Shown here: piece after piece, positions 12,781 through 26,555 of the stretch
Layout of the letters: the number at the start of each line of letters is the position of its first letter
Position numbering within the stretch: position 1 is the stretch's first letter
Assembly (NCBI GenBank): GCA_051294375.1
Contig: CM119268.1
Coordinates: 21,906,010 to 21,970,009 of the forward strand
Origin: Paraspadella gotoi
Taxonomy: Eukaryota > Animalia > Chaetognatha
Length of the DNA: 64,000 nucleotides
Direction: 5' to 3'
Notes under the pieces: model-generated
Seen by the model: only the letters and a program-made list of their open reading frames with translations
Told to the model about the DNA's origin: nothing
The model's database searches: none
Program-made: the position numbers and the translations under genes

Positions 12781-14786
12781 TATTTGACGGAACTCTCTCG
12801 ACAGTCGGTCGCATCTGAAAATCTCATTTTCAAATCAAATAAAAAGTAGATATTAAAAAAAATAAAAAAAGAATTAATCTCTTCCCCCGCCCTCCCCCTT
12901 TTCTTTCCTCTTTATCCTGACCCACCCAACACAATTTTTCTACCTAATGGAATTTGAGAAAAACAAGACTCGCTTCGTGCGTTTGGTCATTACGTCGTTA
13001 GTTCGCTCCTTTTTCCTTCTTTTTTTTCCCTACATTTTCTCGGAAGAGGTGGACTATTTAGTGCATTTGATTGATTTATTTATATTAATTTTCAAATTTT
13101 TCCGTGCGGTTGTAAATGAGATTGTGTGCCATTACCTTAGACACGTAACATTTCAACTATTAAGGGTAATGCACGAGCAAATCCTGTAAGGAAGGTCTTA
13201 CTAGTCTTACTAGTACTAGTAAAGGAAAACTTGATAGAAAAATTTAGAACTTAATCTTTTGATCCAATGAAACCAAAACCAATTTTTCCAGGCAGAAAAA
13301 AAACCAAAATTTTTACCCCAAGGAAACAGGGAAACAAACATTGAAAAAACTTGAATGAAAATTTTAGCCAACAGAGCAGTATATCGTAACGTCTGTCAAC
13401 AAAGCATAGAAAAGGGTGTGGCGTCAACTAAAAGAGAAAATGGCGGGTTTGGAGGGAAAACGGGATACGGGAAAAGATTCCTAGTAGGAAGTAAAAACGA
13501 AATCCGGCAACCGACACGAATTCGCTGCGTGGATAGAGGGGTGTGTGTGTGTAGAGTGTAACTTTAGGCGTGGGTGCCATTGACGTCAAAGATACATCTC
13601 GTGTCTCTCTCTGACCAGCGGCCGAATAAGCTTTTAAGCGGGCGAAGGTCCTTAACTAAAAACGTTGAGGAAGTTTCTAGAGTTTTTCTCGATGTCGTAT
13701 CGTTGATAAAATCGTTTTAAAAGTGACAGAATTCAATTAGTTCTATTTTTGACCGCAAAGTCGAAAACTTTGAAAAGCAACATCGTGCAAAGTTTGGACG
13801 TCGGCTATACCATCTTTGGGTCAGTACAGTGTCAATTGTGACGCCAAACCAGATATTAAGAATTATTTCAAGGGTGTTGACTGTTGATTAAGGTATCGGT
13901 CAAAAAGTAAGGATCACTATCATCTTGAGTATTAAGTGAGTGAAAAAATTTATATGGTAAGTCGACCTATTTTATGGTAAAAGGTCAGTTTCAGAAACAA
14001 AGGCCAAGGTCTTTGACCTTTCATAGAAGAGGAAAATGAGAGGAGTATGGAGAGAGAGAAAAAGAGAGAGCGCCAAATCACGAATGGCAACCAACGGTTA
14101 TGTTCTAGACTCTCGGTAATTATTTATATTCCCTTGTTAGGCTTGTTCAGTCTTTTTCAATTTGTTCCTCTTTTTTGTAAGAATGGTACCGAATAGAAAG
14201 TTCTGCTCTTAATATTAATGCTTTTATAACAGATCATAACAGAGTGAGATAGAGAAAGAGGAAAGAATCCTGTGAATAAAAAGCTAAAAAATGTCTGTGT
14301 TTTGTTTTAAAAAATAAAAAAGTACAAGCCTGGTGTTGTGGGTGTGTGTATATATTGCGTGTGCGGATTCTATGAAACTCCTTGAGCCAATTGTTGATTC
14401 CATGTCTTTCTTCTTCCTCGTCCTTTCTCCCCGTCTTTTATTCCATGCCCTCTTCCTCTTCTCTCCTCCGCTGGTGTTGATTAAACAAAAAATCTCCATA
14501 ACTCCCGAAAAATGATTTCTTAAAACAAAGAAGAAGAAAAAAACTTTCGACAAATATTTTATTTACGATATTTCTTTGATATTATATAGTTTCTTTTTTA
14601 AAAACTCGTAAACGTCGCTTTTAAATCGATTTGTGTTGGGCTCCTCAATCTGGTTTTATATAAATGTAAGTTATTTGTGGCGATAATTATGTTTGTCTTT
14701 CGAAGTTTAAACATTAATTTAAACATTAATCTACTTTGATATGACGGTATTCATCTACATCATTATATAAATCCCGCCCCCTTCAG

Positions 14787-17044
14787 GTCGAACTATCGGT
14801 TGTTGGCGTTGGTGGGCGTGGCCTTGGCGTCGGTTCTGACCTTTTCATCGGCTCAAGTCACCGTCCCAGATTTAAAATCACTCGCCAACGATTCTTCTGA
14901 TCGGAATTACACAAGTTTGTTAATAGTTGTACAAGTTTATTTGTAGAACTTCATTTTTTGCTTTTCTACCCGATTAATTAGATGTTGTGATCGATGCGCG
15001 GACATTATGATATAATGTTGCTTCGTTGAAAAATGTTAGGTTCAAGAATCTTGATGATTAAGAAGTTAAATTTTGTCGGAGACTCTGACTTCTATAATTT
15101 TACTTTCTCAATACTAACGATTTATAACGGTCAATAACTGTTTGCTGCAGACCCGCTCTTAACCTGCCACAAGAACTTCACCGTGACCATCTTGGCATAT
15201 AATTGGGGTCTGATCGCCGTGGAAAAATTTCAGTACGACAATGGCCGTTACGGCGAAGGAAGTCCGCCGGCCAACGTGTCCGGCTGCGTCAGCTCAGAGC
15301 CTTACGGCAATCTTCACTTCAACCTTCAATCTCATTGCAAACCTGAAATTCACGTGAGATTTTTAACGTTGACATTTGTCAAATCTACTTTATTTTGGTG
15401 AAATCCCAGTTTCCTCTAATTTACTAAATCATTTTTATTTTTTCTCCGTGCCCTTTACACTCCAGGAGGCGAACAACACCTACAAGTGGGTGCTCCGGGC
15501 TCGAGCCGAATACATGATCGAGACCTCGCAGGATCGACAGTTCGATCTGTCTTGCACCTACACGTTGTCAGGCGACGCCATCTTCGAAACGGTCACCGTT
15601 TCTGTCAATCAGTAAGGAGAGGGAGGAGTGAGATTTGATTAGAGGCAAGAAGTAATAAGTTTGCTTTGGGAACGGATCGGAAAAGTGGGGGGGGAGGAAG
15701 AAGTGGAGGGGAGTTAATAATAAGAGAACAGAAAGTGAGTAGAGATGGGGGGGGGAAGATAAATAAAGATTAAGAAGGGGGATTAAGAATAAGATTTTTA
15801 AAAAAAGACAAGATTGATTCTTTTTATTGATTCTTTTACAATTTTTTTTTCGTTTCGAATCATTTTGATTTTATTTATTATGATTTTCCTCATCTTTCCA
15901 GAGAATTCACTGTGGCGGCCACGGTCGCAGCCTCACAAGATATCACGATCACCGGTTCACGTATCTACCTGGTGGACGTTGACGGAACCAAAGTCGCTTC
16001 GCCACAGGTTCGTTTTTGTTTCATTGCAATTGATTCGGAAGCTTAATGCTTATAAATGATCAAATAAATATTTAATATAAGATACCCCCCCCCGTTAGAT
16101 ATTTAACTCGGCCCATTATGAATTTGCCTGTGGTTATGACTTATGTTTTAATTTTCATTTAGCGTTTTATAACATTTAGGTGGGTCAAAAGGTCCGCTTT
16201 TGCGTCGATTCCACCACCTCCAACAAACACGATCAGGTGCCCTACATAGACGTCCTCCAGTGCGACTTCTACGATCGAGACCCGTCGCTAAAAATTACCA
16301 GCTCCCAACAGTTCTCAATGACCGACCAGGACGGTTGCAACAAACAGCCTAGCTTTTACAACGCTTACACGGCGGCTGGCACCCCCAGAGCCAACGGGAT
16401 TGTGCAAAACATCGCACCCGTGGAATCTTCGAGTACTAATTTTTATACGGATGGCTACTTGAGCGGAAACGACTCGGCGGGGATCGGCTGCTCAGATTTC
16501 TTCAAGGTCTTCAAGTTCCCGGGGACGTTCCAATTGTGGATAAAGTGCTCGCTCAATTTTTGCGTGGAGAAGTCTGACCCGAGATGCAAGACGGTGAGTT
16601 GAATGAGAAAGGGGAACTGGGTTCGGCTGCGATGCGGAACGCCTTTTTCGTCTTGCTCGCTGAAGTTCATGAATTTCATCGATGTCATTACTTTTAATTA
16701 ATCACTTTTCTTCAATTAATTCAAAACTATTTGTATATATTTTTTTTCGTTTATGAAAAAAAACAAACCAAAAAAGCTTTGTTTCTTACTCTATTCTCCC
16801 TTCTTTTCCTTAGCGTGTCTGCCCTCTCAACTTCGCGAAAGCACCTACGGGCTCGACCTACGATCACAATTTAATAAGAAAGCGACGAGCCGCCGAGGAG
16901 GAGGAGAAACATTTTCACGAAGACGTGATCACCCTCATCACTGTGACCAGCGGTGGAATCACGACTAAGATCGGTGAGTGGCGAGAGGCGACAACGTATG
17001 CAGGAACGGTTGGGAGCACAGTACCATGTTGCAGTTACATAGTA

Positions 17045-17088
<44 letters not shown>

Positions 17089-17526
17089 CAAATGATGTTT
17101 TATTTTTTTCAGTCAACGGTCCTGCGGACCTACTAACCACGGAGACGGAGACCGAGGTTGAATCGACCGAGTGCGAGACAAGATTCTACGCCGTCTTGGG
17201 AGTCACCATTTGTCTAGGGTCAGTTTTCAAAGTAAAAACATTTCCTCAATTAAGGATGAGATGAATTTATGATATTTCCTGACAGCGTGATCCTGATCGT
17301 AATCGCGATCGTCTACCTCTACAAACGCGCCCACCAAAAGATCCGTCCTTTCGAAAAGGCGATGCTCATCGAGGGCGCCTACGCGCATCACCCGCCGATC
17401 CTCACCACCGGCGCCGGGATGTACGGAGGCGGTTTTCCTTCCGGCGCCGTCTACGGGGGCGGCGCTCCTTCGAGATCGAGATCCGGAGGCGGAGGAGGAG
17501 CCGGACTTACGATGATCACGAAATGA
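14787..17526 (+). CDS. ZP-domain type I membrane protein (paralog 1, cuticlin/dusky-like architecture), 8 visible exons; start exon not located
   Basis: Signal peptide LLALVGVALASVLTFSSAQ; ZP-N (LTCHKNFTVT...FDLSCTY); ZP-C (VGQKVRF, DVLQC, DQDGC, FKVFKFPGTFQLWIKCSLNFC); furin site IRKRR; TM segment (VLGVTICLGVILIVIAIVYLY); Gly-rich tail. Confidence 0.88.
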
Positions 17527-17834
17527 GAAACGAAACGAAACAACGCAACAAAATCAAAACAAAACTTTTAAACAAAATGGTTTTCGGCCACCGGGTTCAT
17601 TCGGGCGAACGGGACGGTTTGGGGTGGGGGGGGGGTAAATGAGGGTGGGGGGGGAATTGAGGATGATATTTTTATTTTAACTTTGGATTGATTTCCTTCT
17701 TGCTTGCATTTTTTTTCCTAATATCTATCTGACTTGTGCAATCCATGTGCTGGGACAAAAAAAATTACAATGTGTTTGCGCCGCAGTGACTTTATATTCA
17801 TGTGTATTTCCCTTTGATCACATATGACATGACT

Positions 17835-18000
17835 AACAAACTTTCTTTGCAAATGAGCAACCAACTATAGGAAAATTATGCAAATTATGCATTTTTGACG
17901 TAAGTGGGACAGACCGATGGACAGAAATACCGACAGATCGACCGACTGAAAAATGGCGCTGCAAGTTTAGCAATAAAGCTTGCTTTGGACTTATCTGACA
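17835..18000 (-). mobile_element. Degenerate HINE/DINE-like fragment
   Basis: GACA/GACC microsatellite tract with AATTATGCA, also seen in the 32785-33281 element, and a terminal hairpin (GCAAGTTT...AAGCTTGC). Confidence 0.35.
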
Positions 18001-19835
18001 AAGGTTAAGGTTATATGTAAGTTTGCCTTGAATGACGTTATGTATGTACTCTCGGCGGACCCCTCGGTCAATGAAGTATTTTCACAAGTGTTTATTTATT
18101 CGTCCTTTAGATTGCCAGCCTCATTCATAATCTTCTCGTCAAATAAAGCCTTAAGTGGCAGTTTTTGTACTAAAAACAGACTTCATTTATAGTACATTAA
18201 CATCATACTTTATCTGTGTTTTTACATAACACGCTTGCAAACTAATTGTGATATTTTTTTTCGATATTTGTACATATATATTGATTTAAAATTGACGCAT
18301 CAGGATTTTCTTTGACGCGAAAACAAATTTGAGCCTCCCAACTTCATGAGAATATTTATTCGTATCAATTGTATAAAAGGTTTAACTGATCGATGCTTAC
18401 TACACAGATTGATCTATCGATAGACTCAGCAATTTTTTATTGGAATTTATGAAGTGATAGTTAATTCATTTGTTTCCTAGATTAAGATTAAGTTTAACAA
18501 TTGAAAGTCTATCCTCGTCAATCTGTCTTTGTATAATCTAATCTTGTGTACAGGAATTAACTCCACTTTTAAGCATTCCATCCAGTTTTATTTTTTTCTG
18601 TTAATTTTTTTCGATGGTCGTATATCAATTCTAGTACAACAATTGATATGAATACATACATTTTAATTATTTAGTTTCCTGTTCTGAGCTCTTTCAAGCT
18701 AATTTTAGAAATAATCTAGTCTGTAATAATTCAAGTAATTATGGTGTCAATGTGTTAATCTATACATTTTTATATTAATATCATTTGCAGTCTTTTCTTC
18801 TTCGTAAAGTAGTCAACGAACACAAGAAATTACGTACAGTTACTCTAAAGATTTGATGACGAAAAAGCAAGGGATATAAAACTGCCTCGCCCTCGGCCCA
18901 TCTCAATCGTGCTTCACGGGTTCGATTCCTGTGATTCTCGTTTCTGTGCCACAGACTGTGGCAAAGCCTGAAGTTGACGTGACCACTCGGGCCTCTAAAG
19001 CACACTGAATTCATTTTAAGATGGATAATTGGATATCCATTGGATAGCATTAATAAACTTGTTTTCTAAATTATAAATAATAAATTCCATTTCACACTTA
19101 GGATCCAATTTAATTCCTGACTAAAACCAGAGGCCTACTATCCCGTCTTGACAGAATCCCTGACTCCATTTCCTCTAAGTTCCATAATCTCTGACGAAGG
19201 CGTCAACGCTGACGCTTCTTGAAAAAAATGACATGACAGAAGCTTCTAGATGGCGCTGGACCGGCTAGAGTTAATGTTCGTGTTAGAAATGGATCGATTG
19301 GCGCCATTCTAATAATTTCGTTGAACGGAAGCTTTGTTTATGGGTATTATTTTCTATGTTGCCTCGTAACGGGGAGAAGGAACTTTATAAAGATTTGCTA
19401 CTCTTGATCTCATGATTATTGTAAATTTACTTTACCCTTGAATTTCGGTCATTTCTTTTTTCTTTTTGTCCAACAAAAACAAAATAACATTCAAATCAAG
19501 TTTTTTAAGTTTTATTTATTAATATTAGATGGCTCCCAAACAAAAGCATTCAGTAAGAAAAGATAGCACTTTTGATTAAGTTTTATAAATTATTTACCAG
19601 ATGTCTTATTCTTTTTTAAGAAACAAAGGAACATGCATAATAAATTTGATCTGCTCCTGCTAGATTTGCCTTTGCACCTGATTTTGTACAAAATAGCAAT
19701 TTCTATTTAAATTTATATCATTCCAAATAATTAAATAATTTCTTAATTAACATCATTTTTTAATCAAAAATATATATAATTAAATATTATATCCTATATT
19801 TTTTATCTTAATTTTTTTTATTACCCATATTTTTC

Positions 19836-19946
19836 TAAAAAATGATGCAAGTTGAAAAAATGATGCCAGCTGAAAAAATGAAAAAGTTAAAAAATGATGC
19901 CAGCTGAAAAAATGAAAAAGTTAAAAAATGTTGCAAATTGAAAAAA
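19836..19946. repeat. ~34-bp tandem repeat (AAAAATGATGCCAGCTGAAAAAATGAAAAAGTTA)
   Basis: Two full copies plus partial copies are visible. Confidence 0.8.
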
Positions 19947-20484
19947 ATATTATTAGTGCCGCAGAAACAGTTCAGTTTAAGCCGTTGAAAGCGATTTATA
20001 TGTATTGGCGTAGCCACTGGTTTGGTTACGAGTTGCTAGAATTTTATTCGCGTTCTGATTAGTTCTCCCTATAAAATCTGTTTATTTTCGTTTTCGGCTA
20101 GTTTTCTCCCCTGGTCATTTTTCCTCTCTTAATTTCATCTATCACATTAAAACAAAATTTAATTTTCGCAGTTTTAGTGAGGACAGTAACAAATTGTTAA
20201 TCAATTGTGACTCATGGCGGTCAGGGTTTATGGTATGCAAATGCCATTGAAGCGATGAAAAAGACATACGCAAAAAAATTTTTTTTTAAAGCAAATGAAG
20301 GGCAAATAAGAAGGTACGTGAATACGTTTTGATAATTGCAAAATTACGGAAGGAATTAAATCGAGTTTTGGGTCAGCCACGACTTTTAAAACACAGTTCA
20401 AGTTTGTATTCTCTTGTACTTAGAATAGTAAATTCGCACATAATGTGCGAACCAAGAACATTCTTTGAAACGTTAAGATTTTTG

Positions 20485-23400
20485 TCAGATATTTCCGTTC
20501 GTTATTGAATAAGGCGGCGGCGCTGTCTGGTGTTTTTCTGCGTGACAAGTCTTGCATTGAAGCGCTCTCTTGCGGGCGTAGTCGTGTTCGAAAATTTCCG
20601 CGACATCCAAATCGCCGCTTGTCGCGTATTTCGAGTCCTGAGCTACGACGCCGCCGGTGGAGATTCTACCAACGGCGTTCTCCAAGTACTTAAGCCGTGT
20701 ATGACTCGAGGGTAACACCTGTCAATTGTGGAAAAATCCTATGAGACTTCAACCGAAAACTACCGTGTTTTCCAATGGTACTGTTAGTTAACTTTTACAT
20801 ATGCAGAACTGTGTTAAATTTTTATCTCATCAGACGGGCGAATGCCCGACTTGGGTAAGAAGTTAATTCGTTTCTGCTTCTTTTGACCGAAGTCGTTGTT
20901 GTTGTTGTCGTCACGTAGTTTCCTATTCTTATTCATATTCTTACACTTATTTGTTTGTTTTATTTATAAAACAATTTTTATACATATAGACGAATTCAGC
21001 TCTGCAGCTGCTGTATAAAAATAATTAAAGTTGTAAATTAGCAATTAACAAAGTTTAATTCTTTTTTCAATATTTCGATGATAAGTGGGTCAAAATTGGG
21101 AAAAACCTGAAAAAATCATCCTCATCATCATCCGATAATTTTAGTAGTTTTTGCTCATTTTCAGTGACAAAACATCAAAATTTTAAAAAGTTTGCCTGAC
21201 AGAATCAATTAAAAAAACTTAAAATATCTAAAAAATTTTTTTTACATTATATAGCAAAATAAAAATTTTAATTAGCGAATTACTCATGGTTAGGAACATT
21301 TTTGCAAAAAAATATTTTAACACAATAACTAATATCAATAATGGATTCGTTTAATACTGTTCCCATTATTTAAAAATTCTCATTCCCAGCCTTCAAACGA
21401 TTTTTAACTCATACAATTTATCACTCAATTATTAGGTAATGAGGCGACAGTAATAACATTTTAGTTTTTTTTAGTTCAGTTTTGAAGTAATCCTTTCTTT
21501 TTCGTTGTTACTATTAATTAGAGAATTGACAAGTTTTTGTTTGCAACGAATTTTATTTATAGTTGAACAGACATGTTTCGACTTGTTTTACAAGTCTTCA
21601 TCAAACGCTGATGAAGACTTGTAAAACAAGTCGAAACATGTCTGTTCAACTATAAATAAAATTCGTTGCAAACAAAAACTTGTTAATTCTCTAGTTCAGT
21701 TTTTAAAAGTTATTAATATTAAAAATTTCAAACCTTGTGATTGTCGTTTCCGCTCCTTTGCTTACAATACATAAACAGAAGGATTGCCAAGCAAACTATA
21801 AGAATTATGATGAGGTAAATTAATCTATTCGTCCAGATAAAGCAATCCCACTCTGGCTCTTGGACGGAAGGCCGTTCCGGGTGAGAGACAGCTGTTAAAA
21901 GACAAAAGGAAGCATACCAAAAATTACCTCTTAAAGATAAAGAAGAGTAGCAATTATAATTTATTTATTATATTATATATTATATTATATAATTTATATC
22001 ATAATAATAATCGTTAGGAAAGTCAGCTTTGCTCTTTTGCCCTCTTATTCGATTATTCACTTTTAATTCCGATCACTTTCACTTACCCACTTCCAAACCC
22101 TTTCCTTTGTCAAAAACATAGAATGCCCAGAGAGCAACTGTTCTTTTGTTTTGTTTTCCATCCTCGACCACGAGAGGCGCGCTCCGTCGTTTCCTCGTTG
22201 AGCATGTCTGCCAAACATGTCGGGATAAGATACGATGTTCAACATTGTTGATGTTGGAACTTAAATGTATGTATTACCCTGACCGATTTAACTTCTATCG
22301 AATTTTGAAACCACCCTTATCCCTTCTCACCGGTTTTTGACATTTGACATCCAATTCGTGGACGCAAAATACGATTGAACACTTGAGGAACAGTTCGGAA
22401 GAGTCGAGGAACTTGAAGGCTACGAAAGGGCGGGAGTAGGCGACGTAAATTGAGCTAAACTCGATCCCGCCTCCTGGGGTTGGATAAGGATTGTAGTAGC
22501 TCGGATGAGTGTTGCACCTGGAGGAGAAAGGTGGGATTTATATTTTTTGTGGATTGGAGACGTTTTCACTGGATTTGTTCTAGGGTCGTATTGTAAGGAA
22601 AAGTGGCATTACAATCATCTAAACGTTCTATTAAGAACACTGTATTATTAGCAATAAGATATCAATTATTGCAATAGAACTACCCGTTCTCGTCGATGAT
22701 GCTCAAGGCGTAGTAACCGGCTTGGTCAACGCCCTCTCCGTATATCTTACAACCAGTGACGCCGAATCCTTTGTAGGTGACGCCATCTACGTCATTCGCC
22801 TGACGTAGATTTGTTTATACGTTATTAGTTATCTTAATTATAGGTATGTTCGTAATGATAGTATATCTATACACTGTAAAGTATTTTTATTGGTTTTTAT
22901 TTTCATGTTTTATATGCTAAATTTTAATTTTCTAAAATTTTATCATTTTCACATCACTCTACTATACAGTATACATATTACATATACAGGTTCACCGTTA
23001 TCTTGATCCTGACGAGATCTCCAACTGTGACCAATGTTCGAGCGGTGTCATCCGTATCTCCGACCAAAATGACTTTACTGTTGTTCAGGACGATTTCAGT
23101 CTTATAATCGATCAAGGCTTCCTTTTTAAGTTCCGCCTTCGATAACCAAAATTATTGTTAATTATCATCCAATGATATGGGAGTAGAACAGGACGAATGA
23201 TATTATCATTATGATTACCGTTATGCGGGTGGGTTCCCAGTAGGCGTCACCAGTGGTTGTATAGCTACAAGTATGTTCGTATCTTCTGTCATACTCGCTA
23301 TTTCTGATTTCATCGATTTTGGCAATGTATTGGAATGTGAAGGCGCTCTGACTCAAGCTTGTGCCATTCTGGAAATTAAAAATTAAAGTGGTTTAATTGG

Positions 23401-26015
23401 TTTAATTGCCAGAGTATTAAGGTGTGATGGAGATAGTGATTTTCATTCCTCATAATTCTTCTTTAGGAAAATCTCTGTCCAAAGTGAATGAAAAATAAAC
23501 CGGTGGTAAGTCGCCTCACTTTTATATTGGTTCTATCAATTTCATTACAAATGCCAATTTTTGGGCATTGGGCAGTGGGCAATCTTTAAGGAGATCAAAG
23601 ATGGTTTTCTACCCCCTGTCAGCCTATTTAGTAATTCATCATGTTATTCATTCTCGCCTGACACTCTTCTCGGAGATCAAAGACGATGTCTTTCCCTGCC
23701 TCGACGCTCTTGCAATTTTCGTCAACGCCGCTTGCATCCTCGTAACCAGAGATCCAAGCGGCTCCGAACTCTCGCTTGTCCACAGTCACCGAGAAATTTT
23801 TGTGACACGTCACGTAAGGGTCTGGAAAGAAGGGTAGAAATCAGGATATATCACGTCATAAGTATTAGGGTGGAGTGATGAAAAGATTGAGCGATGGAAC
23901 AATGTTTTTTTGCTGCCTTTGTATATGTAATAAAAAATAATTAAGCCCTTTTCAATTAAATTTTGCATAACAGTATCATTAATTGAATTTTCTTTATAAT
24001 AATATCCTTATAAAATCATAAAATTTCAAAATCATATTTTTTTAACTTTAAGAACTGTTTTGGATTCGCCGGAAAAAACTGAAAAACTTTTGTAAAATAT
24101 GTTTTATGATATTTTTAGGTTAAAGCTGCGAAAAATGACTAAAATGTTTCATCATATAATAGTTTCTACTACAGAGCGTAAAAAAGGGGAAATTTTAACT
24201 TTTTTTTCAATTTTGATACTGAAGACATTGAAATTGTTAATAACATGTTTTATATTTTTGATCTAACTTTTTATGAAGAATCAGAATCTTTAATAAAAAT
24301 TTTTAAAAAATATTTTGAAAATTTATTATTTTCTAAGGATATTACTATAAATATATTGTAATTAATGATACTGTTCCCCAAACAATACAAGCAAGATATT
24401 TTTTGTATTCCTTATTCATACGATCTCACATCTAAAAATCCTTGTTTGTTCACTCAAATAAAATTTATGTTCCCAAGTGCTCCACTCTAATAAGTATATT
24501 AGAATTTTTGTTAAAATCGTTCTCACTTGTTGTAGTTTGTACTCACGGTAATTAGTGGAGTTGATTTTGATGGCTTGCGGAATCGGTACTATGAAAAGAA
24601 AGAGCATTTATCAAACGATTGAGATAGTTATGTTTGAAGCGCGATTAATTTAATACTAATTTAGTTGCGAAGTTAGATGACAAATACTAATGTATGAGAT
24701 GTTATAGTTTTTAGTTTGTTACAACGTTTAAATAAAGATAATGGAATTGAAAAATCCATTTTGGCTAAAGTGACACAAAACTAATTTTTAATGAAAAACA
24801 AAGCTAATTCTTTTATTTTCAACTGAAGTTAAACATAATGTACTTACATTTATTTTTTCATAAAGAACGCTTTTAATTTTTTGTAAATATTTATCGGAAA
24901 ATTAAAACGTCTAACATCCAATGAATTACTAAACAAGTTATCATAAGGCAACATAATTTTGACAGAAATATAATTTAGAAAGAGAGAATTACCGAAGATG
25001 TAAGTCGGATCTGTAGTAACAGTGGACGCGACATCGACAGAGAGCGACGATCGCGAGGGCGACGGATCGATAGAGAGCGAGACGGAAAAAAATAACGAGT
25101 CCGATGATAACGACGGGTATGAGGTTATTACGTTAGTCAAGGGGCCGACCGTGGTCGTCGTGACGAACAGTGTTTGATCTAACGGTGAAGTAGTCAACCC
25201 CGTGTGACCGACCGTGACTCTAACGCTCCACGAATCTATCGGTGAACCTTTCATCGTGAGGGGCGTGGCTTCTAACGTCGACGAAGTGTGAATCGAAGGT
25301 ATTAGTGAAACGATTATCGTGGAAGTTGTAGTCGACGGCGCGATCGAGCTGCTGCTGCTGGCTGCGGCTCTGGGTATTGCTTCTTCTGCGGCGAGATTTT
25401 CGGAACATTTATGTATCGCGAATTAAAGAAACCATTTATACGAAATTTCATATCCGACTATAGTGTGGTGATCATGACGCTGGGCGTGATATAGCTATGA
25501 TAGTCAAGCTTGTCGGGTGGGACGAAGTGGGTGGGGTATTTGCTATACGGTACCACGCGTTGAACAGGTTATTTTTTGTTGTATTTTGTGGCGCCGTCAT
25601 TTGTATCATCTCGTGCGAATTGTGTCCGTTGAACAGCGAAAAATACATGCATATTTATAATTGGGTGGTGAAAATTGTACGTTGTTGGCGGAAATAAAAA
25701 AATCGTTTTAACTTTTTATATTTGAAGTAAAATTTTGTAATGTTTAACAAATTAAAAGTGTAAAGCGATGGATAGAAACCAAATTGAAAAATGAAAATGA
25801 AGATGAAATTATGAAGAAGAAATTTTAACATAACAGAAACTAACATTTCATGCGATAACAAATGTCCTTAACAAGCTTAACATGCAAAATTTAAATAAAT
25901 ATTACGTACCTGTGATCATAGATTCGGTCGTTGATGTGCGCGCCAATTTCCGGAAAGTAAAAACGAGAAAAAGGAAACTATGAAAAACGCATTTAAATTT
26001 GCGTTTCACGTCCAT
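20485..26015 (-). CDS. ZP-domain type I membrane protein (paralog 2) with a Ser/Thr-rich N-terminal region, about 11 exons
   Basis: In-phase exons: S/T-rich 25386-24993; YVTCHKNFSVT; YEHTCSYTTTGDA; VTVGDLVRIKI; IIDENG|C; FVAFKFLDSSELFLKCSIVFC; furin site TRKRRS; TM LIYLIIILIVCLAILLFMYC. The probable last exon 20718-20485 has PPPY. First and last exon assignments are less certain. Confidence 0.82.
21070..21380. mobile_element. AT-rich interspersed repeat fragment (inverted copy at ~62040-62310; related to the 48640 and 50259 MITEs)
   Basis: About 270 bp of reverse-complement match to 62040-62310 (e.g. GCGAATTACTCAT...GAACATTTTT...AATATTTTAACACAATAACTAATA). Confidence 0.7.
21484..21693. mobile_element. 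Palindromic Penelope-like mini-element with hammerhead ribozyme(s) and a one-sided tail
   Basis: Near-perfect inverted repeat 21519-21693; tail 21484-21518; flanking direct repeat TAGTTCAGTTTT (21472 and 21692). Confidence 0.8.
21604..21646 (+). ncRNA. Minimal type I hammerhead ribozyme
   Basis: AACG-CTGATGA-A-GACTTG taaaa CAAGTC-GAAAC-AT-GTC-TGTT: intact core, 6-bp stem II, palindromic ACATGT stem III, 4-bp stem I, GUC cleavage site at 21642. Confidence 0.85.
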
Positions 26016-26339
26016 TTTATTTTGTTATTTTTGGACCCCTTAACCATTTGTTTTGTTAACATACGCTACGAGTTAGTCGTTCATTTTACTATTTTCAACA
26101 TGCTTTAAACTTTAAAGCCATTTAGTTGTCATCTACGTAGCAGTTGGGAGAATATATTAATCGTTACGAATCCAGTCAATTTTAAAATTTCTTTCTTTAT
26201 ATATCTGTGGGGATCTTTACATAAAATAAATTTTCTTGGGATTCTAGTAAAGAAAAATTCCATAGATTAACTGTATCTTTGATAATAACAATTTTACATC
26301 CTAAAGTGGTAGCAAACAAATTCTGGAATTTTCGTTTGA

Positions 26340-26555
26340 TTCGAAGCAATTAGGAACCAAGCGGAAATCAATATGAACGGAACTAAAGGAAAATAGGAAA
26401 GGAGGAAGTCGACGGAATTGATATTGCGGCTAATCAGGAAAGTGGAGTGTAAGCTTGGGAGCCAATCAGACGAGTTGAAGAATCGCGTGGCTAGTGTTAA
26501 AAAGGTTTGGGAAAATGAGCAGAGGTCACGCATTGAGACCCGTGTCACGTGACTC
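26340..26555 (-). promoter_or_regulatory. Candidate promoter of ZP paralog 2
   Basis: Cluster of CCAATCA-like, CGGAA (ETS-like) and GTCACGTGAC motifs 300-500 bp upstream of ATG 26015. Confidence 0.35.

Noticed and set aside
18781-19050. 89-aa ORF
   Set aside because: No recognisable motifs or splice partners; more likely a repeat remnant (CCTCGCCCTCGG...CTCGGGCCT).
19192-19235. CTGACGA-hairpin-GAAA hammerhead candidate
   Set aside because: Extra bases lie between stem II and GAAA, and there is no stem III or NUH cleavage site.
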